A DNA stretch of 64,000 nt from Octopus sinensis (taxonomy: Eukaryota), in NCBI RefSeq assembly GCF_006345805.1, contig NC_043021.1, positions 18,662,001 through 18,726,000 on the forward strand, given 5' to 3'. A model generated the notes under the pieces. It made no database searches. It saw only the letters and a list, made by a program, of their open reading frames with translations, and was not told the origin of the DNA. Within the stretch, counting starts at the first letter, position 1. The number at the start of each line of letters is the position of its first letter. Made by a program: the position numbers and the translations under genes. Positions 25,741 through 38,501 of the stretch are shown here, piece by piece.

Positions 25741-28700
25741 GTATATAATATACACTTCCACAGGCACAGGTGTGGCTGTGTAGTTAGAAGCTTGCTTACC
25801 AACCACATGGCTTCAGGTTCAGTCCCACTGCGTGGCACCTTGGGCAGGCATCTTCTACTGTAGTGTTGGACCGACCAAAGCCTTGTGAGTAGATTTGATT
25901 GACGGAAACTGAAAAGAAGCCTGTCGTGTCTGTGCATCTGTTTGTCTCCCCACCATTGCTTAACAACCAATGTTAGTGTGTTTTCGTCCCTGTAACTTAA
26001 CAGTTCAGCAAAAGAGACCGATAAAATAAGTACCAGGCTTACTAAGAATAAGTTCTGCGGTCGATTTTCTTTGACTAAAAGACGGTGCTCCAGCTTGGTC
26101 ACAGTCAAATGACAAACAAGTAAAAGGATTAAAAAAAAAATGTACACTTCTCCACACAAAGCTATCTAAATGTAACTTTATTTCTCACCATTTGTTTGTG
26201 TAACCTCCCGCAGGGCATTACCATCTTCTCCAAGACCATCATGGACAGTGTCCGCAAGAACAAATACAAATTCACTGAAGAACATGGTGGCTTTGCCTTG
26301 AAATCACCCGATGGTTACAAGTTCCTCATCATGGAACAAAAAAGTGAAGGGGGTAAGTAACTTGAATTAATGTTTTTTTTTTTTTTTGTATATGGGAGGA
26401 GGGGGGGAGGGTAAGGGGGTAGGTATGGCTTCGTGGTTAGGATGTTTGTTTTGCAATCGCATGGCTTTGGGTTCAGTCCTCCCAAGACTCTTTGGATCCT
26501 TTGGGAAAGTATTTTCTACCAGAGACTTGAGTCGACCACAGTCTTACAAGTGAAACTGGATTTTTCTCTGATTTCTCTGTCTGAGCTCTCCCCCCCCCCA
26601 CCCCACTCCACTGCCATCTCTTACTGATCTTTTCTTTCCTTCGTTTCTGTCTCTCAGTGTTTCCCACTTTCTCCAATATCCCCTTCCCTGTCTGGTTTTC
26701 CCTGCCCTTTCTCTTTGATTTCCACCACCCCCTTCTCACCCCCCTCCCCCCGATCTTTCCGTCATGCCCTGATGCCTTTTCATTCCTCTGTCTCCAGGTC
26801 ATTCACCTCACACACAAATAATCTTTATCTCTTTTCAGATCCTGTCAAGAAAGTAACGCTATGTGTCTCAGACCTTACTCGCTCTATTGGTAAGCACACC
26901 TCATTTTATATTTTATTCTATCATTCGAGCGTGATCGTTACCGCTTCGCCTTACTAGCACTTGTGCTGGTGGCACGTGAAACATTCGAGCGAGGTCGTCA
27001 CCAGTGCCACTGGACTGGCTCCTGTGCAGGTAGCTCACAAAAAGCACTATTTGAGCGTGGGCGTTGCCAGTACCACCAAACTGGCCCTCGTGCCGGTGGC
27101 ACATAAAAGTATCCACTACACTCTCGGAATGGTCGGTGTTAGGAAGGGCATCCAGCTGTAGAAACTCTGCCAGATCAGATTGGAGTCTGGTTCGCCTTAC
27201 TAGCACTTTTGCTGGTGGCACATGAGACATTCGAGCGAGGTCGTCGCCAGTGACGCTGGACTGGCTCCTGTGCAGGTAGCTCATAAAAAGGATTATTTGA
27301 GCTTGGCCGTTGCCAGTACCACCAAACTGGCCCTCATGCCGGTGGCACGTAAAAGCACCCACTACACTCTCAGAGTGGTTAGCATTAGGAAGGGCATCCA
27401 GCTGTAGGAACTCTGCCAGGTCAGATTGGAGTCTGGTTCGCCAGACCTCAGTCAAATCGTCCAACCCATGCTAGCATGGAAGGACGTTAAATGTTAACGA
27501 TGATGATGAATGTATGATTATTTATTCACATTGTTCTGAATTATGCATTATCGCCTAGCTTTAAGAGTTCGATGATGCGATTGTCTATTTTTAGAATAAT
27601 GTTGTAGGGTACGTGTGAGAGGCCAGATCTGATGAGTTTGAATACAAAAAAGGTTGACTATTTGGGGCCAGATGTGCTTGGTTTAAATGTTAAAGGATTG
27701 ATCAGCATCGCCTCAAGTTGGCAAGAAAGCCTCTATGTGGTGGCTTGATCTACTTGACATAGTAGTCAAATCTCCCTCAAATCACATACTATACTCTTAG
27801 GGAAAAATGGCCACATTGAATTTCAGGTCATCGGTTCTTTGCACATAGGAAATAGATGGAGTGGTCATGTTTGGAATGCTTTTAATCAGAATCTGAATGC
27901 CTCTAATCTGTTCTATCAGGACTGACCTGTGGCTAAACAGCAACGGCATCGTAACCTATCCTTAAAATAACAACAAACTTCTCGAATTTGTTTCGTCTTG
28001 AAGTAAATACAGAAATTTGTCATCCCCATTTCACTCTGCCTCCCTCCTTACTCATCACCGTCTCTCCTCTTTGTTTGACAGATTTCTGGAGTCGACTCAT
28101 GGGTATGGCAGTTTATCGTCAGTCTGAGCAGAAAGCAGAGTTGGGGTTTGACGGCACATCCGTAAGTTGTCTCTCTTCTTTTTGTCTGTTCAGGATGAAT
28201 AGGGTTTGTGTTAGCCTTATTATTATTATAACCTGCGTTGATAAAATTTTCAGTGCTTTTGTCTTGTATTATTGTATACAACTAGCACTATGATCAGGCA
28301 ACGCCGGGTCATAGTGCAAGTGCATGCATATACAGCTGCGTGTGTGCGCACATACACGCGAGTACTGTCCAAATCTCCGACCAATCACATACAGCTAGCT
28401 GGCATTCAATTGGCGTATCAAGTTTCAGGCATTTTGATTGGGTTTTGGATAGAAAATTCACAAAAAAGTCACTTCTATTGATTTCTTAATGGCTTTGCGG
28501 GGTGACTGGGGAAATGTAAAGATGTGCACGACCACCCTTGGACGGTTTTGAATGTCCATAGAAAGTGCGAGACCTCTAACTGAAAAATTGTGGATTTGTA
28601 TAAAGGACACACACGCAGACATTTTGCCATTTATTTATATACTCTTACACTTTTACGTGTTTCAGTCATTTGACTGCGGCCATGCTGGAGCACCGCCTTT

Positions 28701-29606
28701 AGTCGAGCAATCGACCCCGGGACTTATTCTTTGTAAGCCCAGTACTTATTCTATCGGTCTCTTTTGCCGAACCACTAAGTGATGGGGACGTAAACACACC
28801 AGTATCGGTTGTCAAGCAATGCTAGGGGGACAAACACAGACACACAAACACACACATACATATATATATATACATACATACGACAGGCTTCTTTCAGTTT
28901 CCGTCTACCAAATCCACTCACAAGGCATTGGTTGGCCCGAGGCTATAGCAGAAGACACTTGCCCAAGATGCCACGCAGTGGGACTGAACCCGGAACCATG
29001 TGGTTGGTTCGCAAGCTACTTACCACACAGCCACTCCTGCGCCTATATAGAGATAAATACATTCTTTTACAATAAATATATTCCTAATAGTTGTTGAAAT
29101 ACTTCCTAACAGCAGTTTCTTGGGCCTTCTCAAAATTGCTTGCTGCAGTTTGGCTGTAGTCTTGCCACACCTCCCTCTGTACTTCAACACCCTTCCACCC
29201 TGTGTGAGCGTGGTGGTGGTGGGGTGCTATCTCTGCCTGGAATTGGAACTGCTTCCAAGGGGCTCCTTTCTCTCTTTTGCTCTGGCTGAACTCACTGTAG
29301 ACTATGGCCTTCAGCATTCTGCATTTGGCCTTGGTTGACATGGCTTGCTTGCGTATCTGAACTGTCTGAGCAGCAGCATGGGTTCAGTACCTGATATACT
29401 CTTTACTTGTTTTAGTCATTTGACTGTGGCCATGCTGGAGCACCGCCTTTAGTCGAGCAAATCGAACCCAGGACTTATTCCTTGTGAGCCTAGTACTTAT
29501 TCTATTGGTCTCTTTTGCCGAATCACCAAGTTACGGGGACGTAAACACACCAGCATTGGTTGTCAAGCAAAATTGGGAGGACAAACACAGACACACACAC
29601 ATTCAT

Positions 29607-29637
<31 letters not shown>

Positions 29638-32600
29638 CATATATACGTCGGGCCTCTTTCAGTTTCCTTATTTCTTTATTGCCACAAGGGGCTAAACATA
29701 GAGGGGACAAACACGGACAGACAAGGGGATTAAGTCGATTACATCGACCAAGTGCGTAACTGGTACTTAGGATGAAGGGCAAAGTCGACCTCGGCGGAAT
29801 TTGAACTGAGAACGTAAAGACAGATGAAAAACTGCTAATCATTTCTCCCCGCGTGCTAACGTTTCTGCCAGTTCGCCGCCTTCTTTCAGTTTCTGTCTAC
29901 CAAATCCACTCACAAGGCTTTGGTCGATGTAATTGACTGGTCACTTCCCCCCCCACATTTCAGGCCTTGTGCCTATAGTAGAAAAGATTGTTGGTAGTGT
30001 TGGATTTTGTGCTGGTGTTTTGATTGTGTGACTGTTAAGAAGTCCATCAAACATCCTTCCAAAATTTCTACAGTGATGCTTATCTCCTCTCTCTATTCTT
30101 TCTTCTCTAGTGTAACCTGGAACTCATCAAGATAGCAGAACCGTTTGACCGTGGCACTGCTTATGGCAGGATTGCCTTTGCTGTACCACGACAAGAGGTA
30201 AGTGTTGTTGATATTTCCTTTCATCATCATTGTCGTTTAATGTCAGCTTTCCATACTAGCATGGGTTGGACGATTTGACTGAGGTCTGGTGAACCAGATG
30301 GCTTGCACCAGGCTCCAATCTGATCTGGCAGAGTTTCTTTATCTTGATGCCCTTCCTAACGCCAACCACTCCGAGAGTGTAGTGGGTGCTTTTACGTGCC
30401 ACAGCACGAGGGCCAGTCAGGCGGTTCTGACAACAGTCATGCTCAATCCCAACCCAAATTTGACCAACCCTGTTGGTCATATCTAAATGTTGAAGAGGAG
30501 TTACTGTACATCAGCTATGGGTAACCTACAGCCCACTTTGCCTTTCATCCTTTCGGGGTCGATAAATTAAGTACCAGTTACGCACTGGGGTCGATGTAAT
30601 CGACTTAATCCCTTTGTCTTTCGTTGTTTAGCCCCTTGTGGGTAATAAAGAAATAAGACACGTGTCCCTCCAGCCAGGGGACAGCCTACCCCTGTCTCTT
30701 GACTCCTTCCAGCACCGTCCATTTTGTTAATGGTCTTTGTTCTGTGAATTTTGCTTTACTTGCTTATGTTAGGGGGCTGGACGGGAGAGAAATACAAGAC
30801 GCTCAAGGGTGGAGGCCGTGGTGGATAAGTGAGGGCATTGAGGGTGATAGCAGATAAGTGAGGGCATTGAGGGTGATAGCAAATAAATGAGGTGTTAATG
30901 ACAGATACACGATGGGCTTCTTTCAATTTCCTTCTACAAAATCCCCTCATAAGGCTTTGTTCAGCTAGAGCACCTTTGCCCCTCCTTATGAGAGCTCAAA
31001 ATCTCTCATGGAAGCACCATCCAACCAAAGTACAAATATATGGGAAATTACTACCTGTATCATCTCTTGTGAAAGGTAGAAGAGTCCAGTTCGCTGGACA
31101 TTGTTGTAGAGCTGAAAACGAGGTAATTTCTACTCTTCTCCTCTGGAAGCCATCTGCTCGTGATACCAGAGGGCGCACACTCTCCTACCCTGATGTAATC
31201 TCCAGGGATACAGGCATCCAGCAACAGGACCTCCGTAATGCTATGATGGACCGTGAAGTCTGGCATGGCATGGTAAATTCCATTGTCTCGACCACGGTCG
31301 AACAATAATGATTTACCCAAGGTGCCATGCAGTGAGATTGAACTCAAGAAACCATTGTCGAGAAGCAAGCTCCTCAATCGCATGACCATACCTGTACCTA
31401 TTGTTTTACTTTGATTGTTTTTCTTTCTATTGTTCAGCTTCCAATCATTCAAAGAACTTTGGAGGAGGAACGCGAAACTATCCTTACCCCTCTATTGGCG
31501 CTAGACACCCCTGGGAAAGCCACTGTTGAAGTTGTTATTTGTGCTGATCCTGTAAGTATTCTTGCTTAAAACAATTTTTTTTCAACATTTATCTGATATT
31601 TTTATTCTTTTATTGATGACCCTGCAGGTGTTCCATTCCCTTCTTAGGGGTTAGCAGGCAGCAAGCTGGTGGCAGTCATTAGAGCATCGGATATAATGCT
31701 TTACAATATTCCTTTTGGCTCTGCAAAGAAGTTCTTGGTCACATCTAAATGTTGAAGATGAGTTACTGTAGATCAGCCATGGGTAACCTGCGGCCCACGG
31801 GGTTTTCTGAATCATCATCCTTTAATGTCTGCCTTCCCTGTTGACCGGGGAGCAGCCTGCACCAGACTTCTGTGTCTGTTTTGGCATGGTTTTTACGGCT
31901 GGATGCCCTTCCTAACACCGACCACCCGAACAGTTCAATCCCCACTTTACAATCTTCTAGCGTCGATGGACAAGGTCTAGTACAAGGGTTGATTATTTCT
32001 TTTCCTTTTCTCTCTGGAAAAAATCTGCTATGTTTACATCTGGACTATGATGGACTCTTCTGGATTACTCTGTCAAATGCGGTGCTTAGTGATTCACACA
32101 GTTTTGAATTAATCATGCATTAGCTCATATCTTTGAGATTTCAGTGTTATTGCTTAGATTTAGAACGACATTGTAGGGTAGGTGTGAATGGCTGGATCTA
32201 GCCAGTATGAACATAAAACAAGCAGAAAATTTTGGCCTGGTATGGCCAGTTTAACCCTTTAGCATTCAGATTACTCTGATTATTCATTCATATTATTTTG
32301 AAATAATCATGCATTGTCTCATAGCTTTGAGATTTTGATGAAGTGATTGTTTGTTTTTGTTTTTAGAATGATATTGTAGGATAGGTGTGAGAGGTTGGAT
32401 CTGGTCAGTTTGAACATAAAACTAGGTAGGATATTTGGGCCTGATATGGCTGGTTTAAACCAGCCATATCCAGCCCAAATACCCCATGTATTTTACATTC
32501 AGACCAACCAGATCTGGCCTTGTACACGTACCCTACAATGTCATTTTAAAAATAGACAATCACAGTCTTTCCAGACTGGTAAGCCATGTATTCAACTCTT

Positions 32601-35267
32601 CGGCGAGGCCCTTGCTCATCCTATCATACTCTCCTATCCCCTCAATATGATGCTTCACTTAGTTGAGGGATCTTGTCTTGCGTCTTAGGTAACCTCACCC
32701 AGTGAAGTGGTTGGTGTTAAGAAGGGCATCCAGCTGTAGAAGCCATTGGTGCTTGACACAGCCCTCTGCTTCATCAGTTCGTTTCTAGCCATCCAACCCA
32801 TGCTAGCTTGGAAAAACAGACACTCACTCCTGTCCTTCTATCCTTCAATGTGATGCTTCATTTAGTTGTGGGATCTTATCATGTGTCCTTAGTGACCTCA
32901 CCAGTGCTGATGCCATAAAAAAAAAACACCCAGTGAAGTGGTTGGTGTAGGAAGGGTATCCAGCTGTAGAGGCCATGCCAAAGCAGACAGGCTAGCATGG
33001 AAAAATGGACTTTAAATGACAACGATCATCATCATCATTGGAATTTCAAAGCTATTGTATAAAGCAGGATTAATTCAAAACAATGTGAAAAAAAAAGGCA
33101 AATAATAGACAGATAAATATATAGTTCAGTACCTCAGTTAGAAACTCTTCTCATACTAAAACGAAATTATGAAATTTGGCAATGGGCCTAACCTGAAGAA
33201 ATCCTTATCTGAAGCAGTCTTGAGGAACTGAGATGAATTCCTTTTGTGAGAAAATGGTTTATGTTTCCTTGTATTTTCTGTTGCAGGACAATCATGAAAT
33301 CTGTTTTGTTGGAGATGAAGCATTTAAGGAACTCTCAAAAATAGACACAAATGCCCCTTCACTCTTGGACAAGGTAAGCAAATTGGACAATTTGTTCTGC
33401 TCTCTTTCTCTTTTACTTGTTTCAGTCATGTGACTGTGGCCATGCTGGAGCACCGCCTTTAGTCAAGCAAATTTTGTAAGCCTAGTACTTATTCTATCAG
33501 TCTCTTTTGCTGAACCGCTAAGTTACGGGAACATAAACACACCAGCATTGGTTGTCAAGCGATGTCGGGGGGACAAACACAGACATATATTCGACGGGCT
33601 TCTTTCAGTTTCTGTCTACCAAATCCACTCACAAGGCTTTGGTTGGTCCGAGGCTATAGTAGAAGACACTTGCCCAAGGTGCCATGCAGTGGGAATGAAC
33701 CCAGAACCATGTGGTTGATAAGCAAGCTACTTATCACACAGCCACTCCTGTGCTAGTCATTGTTACCGAATGAAAGATTCAGATATCCCTGTCGTTGTTT
33801 AATGCTCACTTTTTCACGCTCGCATGGGGTGGATGGAATTTGTTGAGGTAGATTTTCTACAGTTGGATGCTCTTCCTATCACCAACTCCTCACTTGTTTC
33901 CAAGCAGGGTAATACTTCCTCAGACACTAAACTCTGCTTGTGAAGACCTGCTGAGGCGAGTGAAATCGAAATCAAAATGAAATTCAGTGACGGGCACAAG
34001 CACCCTATGAGCATGATTGTTGACAGAGCGGCTAACTGGCTTCTGTGCCAGTGGCACATAAAAGGCACCATTCGAGTGTGATCGTTACCAGCACTTGTGC
34101 CCCATGCTAGTAGGGTGCTAAGAGCACCATCTGAGTGTGGTCGTTGCCAGAGCGGCTAACTGGCTTCCATGCCGGTGGTATGTAGGAGGCACCATTCGAG
34201 CGGGATCGTTACCAGCATCGCCTTACTGGCACCTGTGCCGTTGGCATGTGAAAAAAAAAATTTGAGCGAGGTCATTGCCAGTACCACCTGACCGTACCCC
34301 GTGCCGGTGGCACATAAAAGCACCCATTACACTCTCAGAGTGGTTGGCGTTAGGAAGGGCATCTAGCTGTAGAAACTCTGGTACAGCCATCTGGTTTGCC
34401 AGCCCACAGTCAAACCGTCCAACCCATGCTAGCATGGAAAGTGGACATTAAATGATGATGATGATAGTAGGACATGTTCTCATTGGAAGACTGGAAGCAG
34501 GAACCATTTGCATGTGAATGTGTGTTTATGTATGTCTCTCTCTGTCTTGATATTGTGTGATACTCGTAAATGGAAGTCATTCATTTCTGGTATTTTAAGT
34601 CTGGCTAGCAGGGAACTATCATCTGGCTGGGAAATGGCTATGGACCAGTGACAGGGGGAACATCTGGACACATAGAAAGCCTGCTTCAATAAACTCCATC
34701 TGACCCATGTAAACGTAGAAAAATGAATGCTAAGATGATGTTGACAGTATGTGTGTGGCATATGCATGTGTCCGTATCATCATCATCATCATCGTTTAAC
34801 GTCCGCTTTCCATGCTAGCATGGGTTGGACGGTTCAACTGGGGTCTGGGAAGCCCGAAGGATGCACCAGGCCAGTCAGATCTGGCGGTGTTTCTACAGCT
34901 GGATGCCCTTCCTAACGCCAACCACTCCGTGAGTGTAGTGGGTGCTTTTTATGTGCCACCGACACAGGTGCCAGATGAGGCTGGCGAACGGCCACGCTCG
35001 GATAGTGTTTTTTACGTGCCACCAGTACGGAGGCCAGTCAATGTGGTGCTGGTTACGGCCACATTCGGATGGTTCTCTTATGTGCCACCGGCTCTGGTAC
35101 TACAAACTACAAATTCCATTGATGTTGATCGATTTCGATTTTGATTTGATTCTTTGATGCATGTGTATAATATTTCTGATTTCCTCTCATTCTTTCTGCA
35201 GGCAATAGAAGGAGATAAAAGTGAAGAATGGTTTGAAAAGAAAGGAAAAACTAAAATCGAAGGCTAA
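14022..35267 (+). CDS. GLOD4: Glyoxalase domain-containing protein 4, 10 coding exons, 936 nt / 311 aa
   Basis: Exons 14022-14162, 21240-21289, 23070-23190, 26214-26352, 26839-26889, 28082-28161, 30111-30197, 31438-31551, 33287-33373, 35202-35267. All introns are GT-AG with consistent phases. The peptide carries GLOD4 hallmarks ([77 protein letters not shown]). Confidence 0.96.
15904..16505 (-). mobile_element. tRNA-derived SINE family B, head-to-tail trimer (period about 184 bp)
   Basis: Head GGCGAGCTGGCAGAA..GAGTTCAAATTC, core GTCGACTTTGCCTTTCATCCTTTCGGGG. Other copies at about 21367-21850(-), 24541-24972(+), 29668-29880(-), 48033-48265(+), 48770-49006(-), 57580-57992(+), 63285-63490(-), 63740-63960(-). 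Confidence 0.85.
18359..18793. mobile_element. piggyBac-type MITE family 2, two tandem copies
   Basis: TTAACCCTTTAGCATT...AATGCTAAAGGGTTAA consensus; other copies at about 17880-18095, 27510-27700, 32075-32460, 56425-56644. Confidence 0.7.
20581..20962 (+). mobile_element. tRNA-derived SINE family A, full length
   Basis: A/B-box-like head GTGGCTGTGTGGTAAG..GGTTCAGTCCC, internal (TA/TG)n, tail GCGGTGCTCCAGCATGGCCGCAGTCAAATGACTGAAAC. Other copies at about 2583-2990(-), 6412-6750(+), 11722-12290(-), 19620-20000(+), 25765-26125(+), 28645-29045(-), 33415-33750(-), 49815-50610(+), 58517-58915(-). Confidence 0.85.
20975..21195. mobile_element. mariner-type MITE
   Basis: TA|TGAGGGGGGGTGCTGTAAAGTTCCTGGCTTT ... 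AAAGCCAGGAAATTTTCAGC imperfect TIRs; a second, split copy at 54451-54533 plus 56096-56236. Confidence 0.65.
21240..21289 (+). CDS. GLOD4: GLOD4 coding exon 2
   Basis: ttttcag|[17 protein letters not shown]|gtaact, 50 nt. Confidence 0.95.
22530..23022 (+). mobile_element. RTE-clade LINE 3' fragment with (CAAGT)n tail
   Basis: ..[26 protein letters not shown] then TCAAGTCAAGTCAAGT; degenerate. Confidence 0.6.
23070..23190 (+). CDS. GLOD4: GLOD4 coding exon 3
   Basis: ttgcag|[40 protein letters not shown]|gtaagt, 121 nt. Confidence 0.95.
24300..25110. repeat. degenerate minisatellite (unit about 21-22 bp, GGTACTTTATCTGTTGGCTGAT-like), split by a SINE B dimer
   Basis: Repeating GTACT(T/C)(T/A)ATCT..GGCTG units on both sides of 24541-24972. 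Confidence 0.7.
26214..26352 (+). CDS. GLOD4: GLOD4 coding exon 4
   Basis: cgcag|[46 protein letters not shown]|gtaagt, 139 nt. Confidence 0.93.
26839..26889 (+). CDS. GLOD4: GLOD4 coding exon 5
   Basis: ttttcag|[17 protein letters not shown]|gtaagc, 51 nt. Confidence 0.93.
26947..27440 (+). repeat. tandem duplication of a family C unit (about 246 bp x2)
   Basis: CGCCTTACTAGCACTT...GATTGGAGTCTGGTT occurs twice in a row. Confidence 0.8.
28082..28161 (+). CDS. GLOD4: GLOD4 coding exon 6
   Basis: gacag|[27 protein letters not shown]|gtaagt, 80 nt. Confidence 0.93.
28281..28640 (+). mobile_element. Helentron/HINE (Lep1/DINE-1-like) non-autonomous element
   Basis: Starts ACTAGC with a 5' hairpin and ends with CA microsatellite plus TTTATATAT; near-identical copy at 54535-54900. 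Confidence 0.6.
30111..30197 (+). CDS. GLOD4: GLOD4 coding exon 7
   Basis: ctctag|[29 protein letters not shown]|gtaagt, 87 nt. Confidence 0.94.
30966..31312 (+). mobile_element. RTE/RTEX-group LINE 3' fragment
   Basis: [51 protein letters not shown] followed by a TGA-type tail. Confidence 0.85.
31438..31551 (+). CDS. GLOD4: GLOD4 coding exon 8
   Basis: gttcag|[38 protein letters not shown]|gtaagt, 114 nt. Confidence 0.95.
33287..33373 (+). CDS. GLOD4: GLOD4 coding exon 9
   Basis: ttgcag|[29 protein letters not shown]|gtaagc, 87 nt. Confidence 0.95.
35202..35267 (+). CDS. GLOD4: GLOD4 coding exon 10 (terminal)
   Basis: ctgcag|[24 protein letters not shown] at 35265-35267. Confidence 0.93.
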   Translation, partial: AIEGDKSEEWFEKKGKTKIEG

Positions 35268-38200
35268 GAGAACAAACTGAAGACTGACTGAAGTTTTTTT
35301 CGTTTACATGAAATACTTTACGGGACACGTTTGATTAATTTTTAGTATTATTATCATCATCGTTTGGGTTTGATGTAAATTGGCTGATCCCATTTCATAA
35401 ACATGGAAGGCACGAACAGTCAGTGACACAATCAAGCCTACTTATAATTTCTTGTGTAGGTAGACAACCACAAATTTGGGAGGGACGTTTCATTATATTG
35501 ACCCCAGAGAGATGAAAAGCAAAGTAAATCTCGGTTATCTCCCTTTGCTTCTTCACCCCTCCCCCCAGCTGGTGGTTGATTAGGGTTTAATCAAAATTAC
35601 TAGCCTTGTGTCTAAATTAGAAATTATTATTATTATGGCAGTGGCAAGCTGGCAGAATTGTTAGCATGGTGGGCAAAATGCTCAACAGCATTTCATTGTC
35701 CTTTATATTCTGAGTTCAAATTCTGCAAAGGTCCATTTTGCCTTTTGTCCTTTTGGTGTTGCTGAGCATTAGGGGTCGATGTAATTGGCTTAGCTCCCCA
35801 CTAAAATGCTGGCTTTGAGCCAAAATTTGAAATCGTAATTGTTATTATCGAGGTTTAAGGTGATGAGCTGGCAGAATCATTAGCATGCCAGGCAAAATGC
35901 TCAGCGGTATTTCATCCATTCTGAGTTCAACTTTGCCTTTCATCCCTTCAAGGGTCAGTAAAATGAGTGCCAGGGGTGTCTAGCCCTTCCCTTCTACCCC
36001 CACAAAAATTTCAGGCCTTGTGCCCATAGTAAAGAGAATTATTATAGCAGAATCAGTTTTGCATTTTTTTTTTGTAACTTTTGAATTCGATTCATTTTAA
36101 GGCACACCTGTCGTCCATGTTAATATTTTTTGAAGGGGTATGGCAAAAAAAAAAAAAAAAAAAAAAAGGACTAAGCTATCTTGCATATGAGATTGAAGTG
36201 TGCTTTTAAAAAAAAGGAAAATCAATATGGAACTAAAAGAAACGAAATTTCTATCTTATTCTATTCTATGAAACTTTCAAGATAAATTCCTCATTTCTAC
36301 AAACTGCTGTGTTGCTGCTGTTCTCAACAATTCTTACATCAAACCAATGCAATTTTTGGGTTGAGATAAAGGTAAAGAAGGATTCCTTTGACCATTTTGG
36401 ACCCTTGTTCAGCATTTTTTTTTATACTAACATAGAAAATCACGGCCACCTTCTCCCAGCCAAGTAACCCCTGACATAAAATGACAGTTTTGAGTTGATA
36501 TAAGGAATGACTTTCATTTAAGAATTTACAGAACATAGATTAGGGTCTTCCCCATCCGATATTCCATGCGACCTGGGATTCACCCTCACTTGGCAATGTA
36601 TTTTGTCTACTGGAATCAGTTGAGTTGCGAAGTTAGGTGGAGGATGGTGCCACCAACAAGAAGTAAAGCTGTGTAAAAGATGGTCTGGATGCTCTAATGG
36701 GGGGAGGATGGGGGGCTACACAAGCAAAATAGTAAATCACAGTAGTATTTTAGGGGCCCACAAAAAAAAAAAAAAAAAAAAAAAAAACGATTTAGATTTA
36801 ATGCAAGAAATAGCAAAATTTTTTTTTCTACTTGTGTAGACTGAACTAACAAAATAGGAATTTTGAAAGAAGAATCTGTAAAACTAATTTTTAAACATCA
36901 AATGGCTATGGGGGTCCACAACAGTGAAACTAATCAAAGGGGGTCCATAGATTAAAAAAAAAAAAAATGATTGAGAAACACTGCTTTAGCATTTAACCCT
37001 TTCAACCTGGAATTTTTTTTCCAAGTCGATTAATGGCGGTGGGGTTTGTACACATGCGAACCTTTTTGGGCTGTCGTTATAGTGTCATACACTCCAATCA
37101 TGTCTGGTGCTACATACGAGAAAAACCCAGAGTGGTACTATACTGCATCACATAGGTTGTAAAATTTTTGACTGGTGCAAATATGTACCAGCCAGGACGA
37201 AACAGTTAAACTGATCATCATCATCGTCGTTTAACGTCTGCTTTCCATGCTAGCATGGGCTGGACGATTTGACTGAAGGCTGGCGAACCAGATGGCTACA
37301 CCAGGCTCCAATTTTGATCTGGCAGAGTTTCTACAGCTGGATGCCCTTCCTAACGCCAACCACTCCGAGAGTGTAGTGGCCATATTTGGCCTAAATTTTC
37401 TAGTCGTTTTATGTTCAAATTCGGCCTTACGCGCTTACTCTACAGCGTCGTTGAAAAACAAACAATGTCAATAAGTGAGCATCACATTTTGACAGGACAA
37501 TCCAAAAGCTAAAAGGTTCTTACGGAAATTCTGTGTCCATTTTCCATTACAAGTTTAATCTCGTTTAACAACCTATTCGATATACTTCACTGCTGTATTC
37601 ATTACGGCCATACTATTTCTTAAGATAATCAATGAAATAAACTTACCTTGGCAGGATTCAAAAATCATAAAAAAAAAAAAAAAAAGTGATTTTACAATTG
37701 CAATCACCTGTTATAGTTGCAGTGCATTGATTGATGAATTAATTATTAGCCAGGTATTTCTTGCGATATCCAATCAACTTCAGGTTGTTCCCACCTGAAA
37801 TTAGTGCTTAAGCTTTCGTCTTGAGTACCACGTTATATTTCTCTCATATCTATGTATTATATATGAAACACATCCCCCCCTTTTTTTTTTTTAACAGCCA
37901 GAGTAACTTGGGTCCTAGGGAAATTTTATATCCCTCAGAATGTATGAAACAGGGTCCAATTAGAAGTCTGAAATCGAGCATGGATGTTTAAAACAAATTC
38001 GTGAAAATGCTTTAGACAAGCAAAGAGTTAAAGGGAACCCTTTTGCCTGTCCCATGTATTTCCCCAGCCTCCGTAACATCATATATATTGATACACATTC
38101 CTAATTTTAGATCTCAACCACCAGAGTAACTTGGGACATATGGAAGGAAAGCATATGTTTAACTCAGGACGTATGAAACAAGAGCATGGATGTTTGGGTC

Positions 38201-38392
38201 AAACTTATGAAAAGACTTTGGAGGCAAAGAGTTAAGCATCAGATTTTACGGTACTGAGCTTAGCTTCATCTCGCCAACAAGACTGATTTACAAAAGAATT
38301 GTAAGAAATAGTGGAACACTTCTTTTTTTTTTTCAATAATACAATTTAATATAATGTATGGTGGTATTATGGTAGGGAAAAAAATACATAGA

Positions 38393-38398
38393 TTTATT
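38393..38398 (-). terminator. candidate proximal polyadenylation signal AATAAA of DDX19
   Basis: AATAAA on the minus strand about 40 nt after the stop; motif only, in AT-rich DNA. Confidence 0.35.
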
Positions 38399-38436
38399 TT
38401 TGTATTTCAATAAATGCTGTCTCAACTGAATCACTG

Positions 38437-38501
38437 TTAGTTCTCACTTATCTTCTCCAACTCATCGACATCATTGGCATCAAGTTTCAAGATTGTTCGT
38501 G
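38437..38501 (-). CDS. DDX19: DDX19 coding exon 11 (terminal)
   Basis: tcacag|[21 protein letters not shown], matches the DDX19 C-terminus pattern. Confidence 0.92.

Noticed and set aside
26913-27464. 183-aa ORF with an internal repeat
   Set aside because: Antisense translation of a tandemly duplicated family C SINE. The same [12 protein letters not shown] peptide recurs wherever that SINE occurs.
37641-37655. ACTTACCTTGGCAGG resembling the U1 snRNA 5' end
   Set aside because: Similarity stops after about 15 nt, with no U1 stems or Sm site. It is simply a minus-strand AAG|GTAAGT-like motif.
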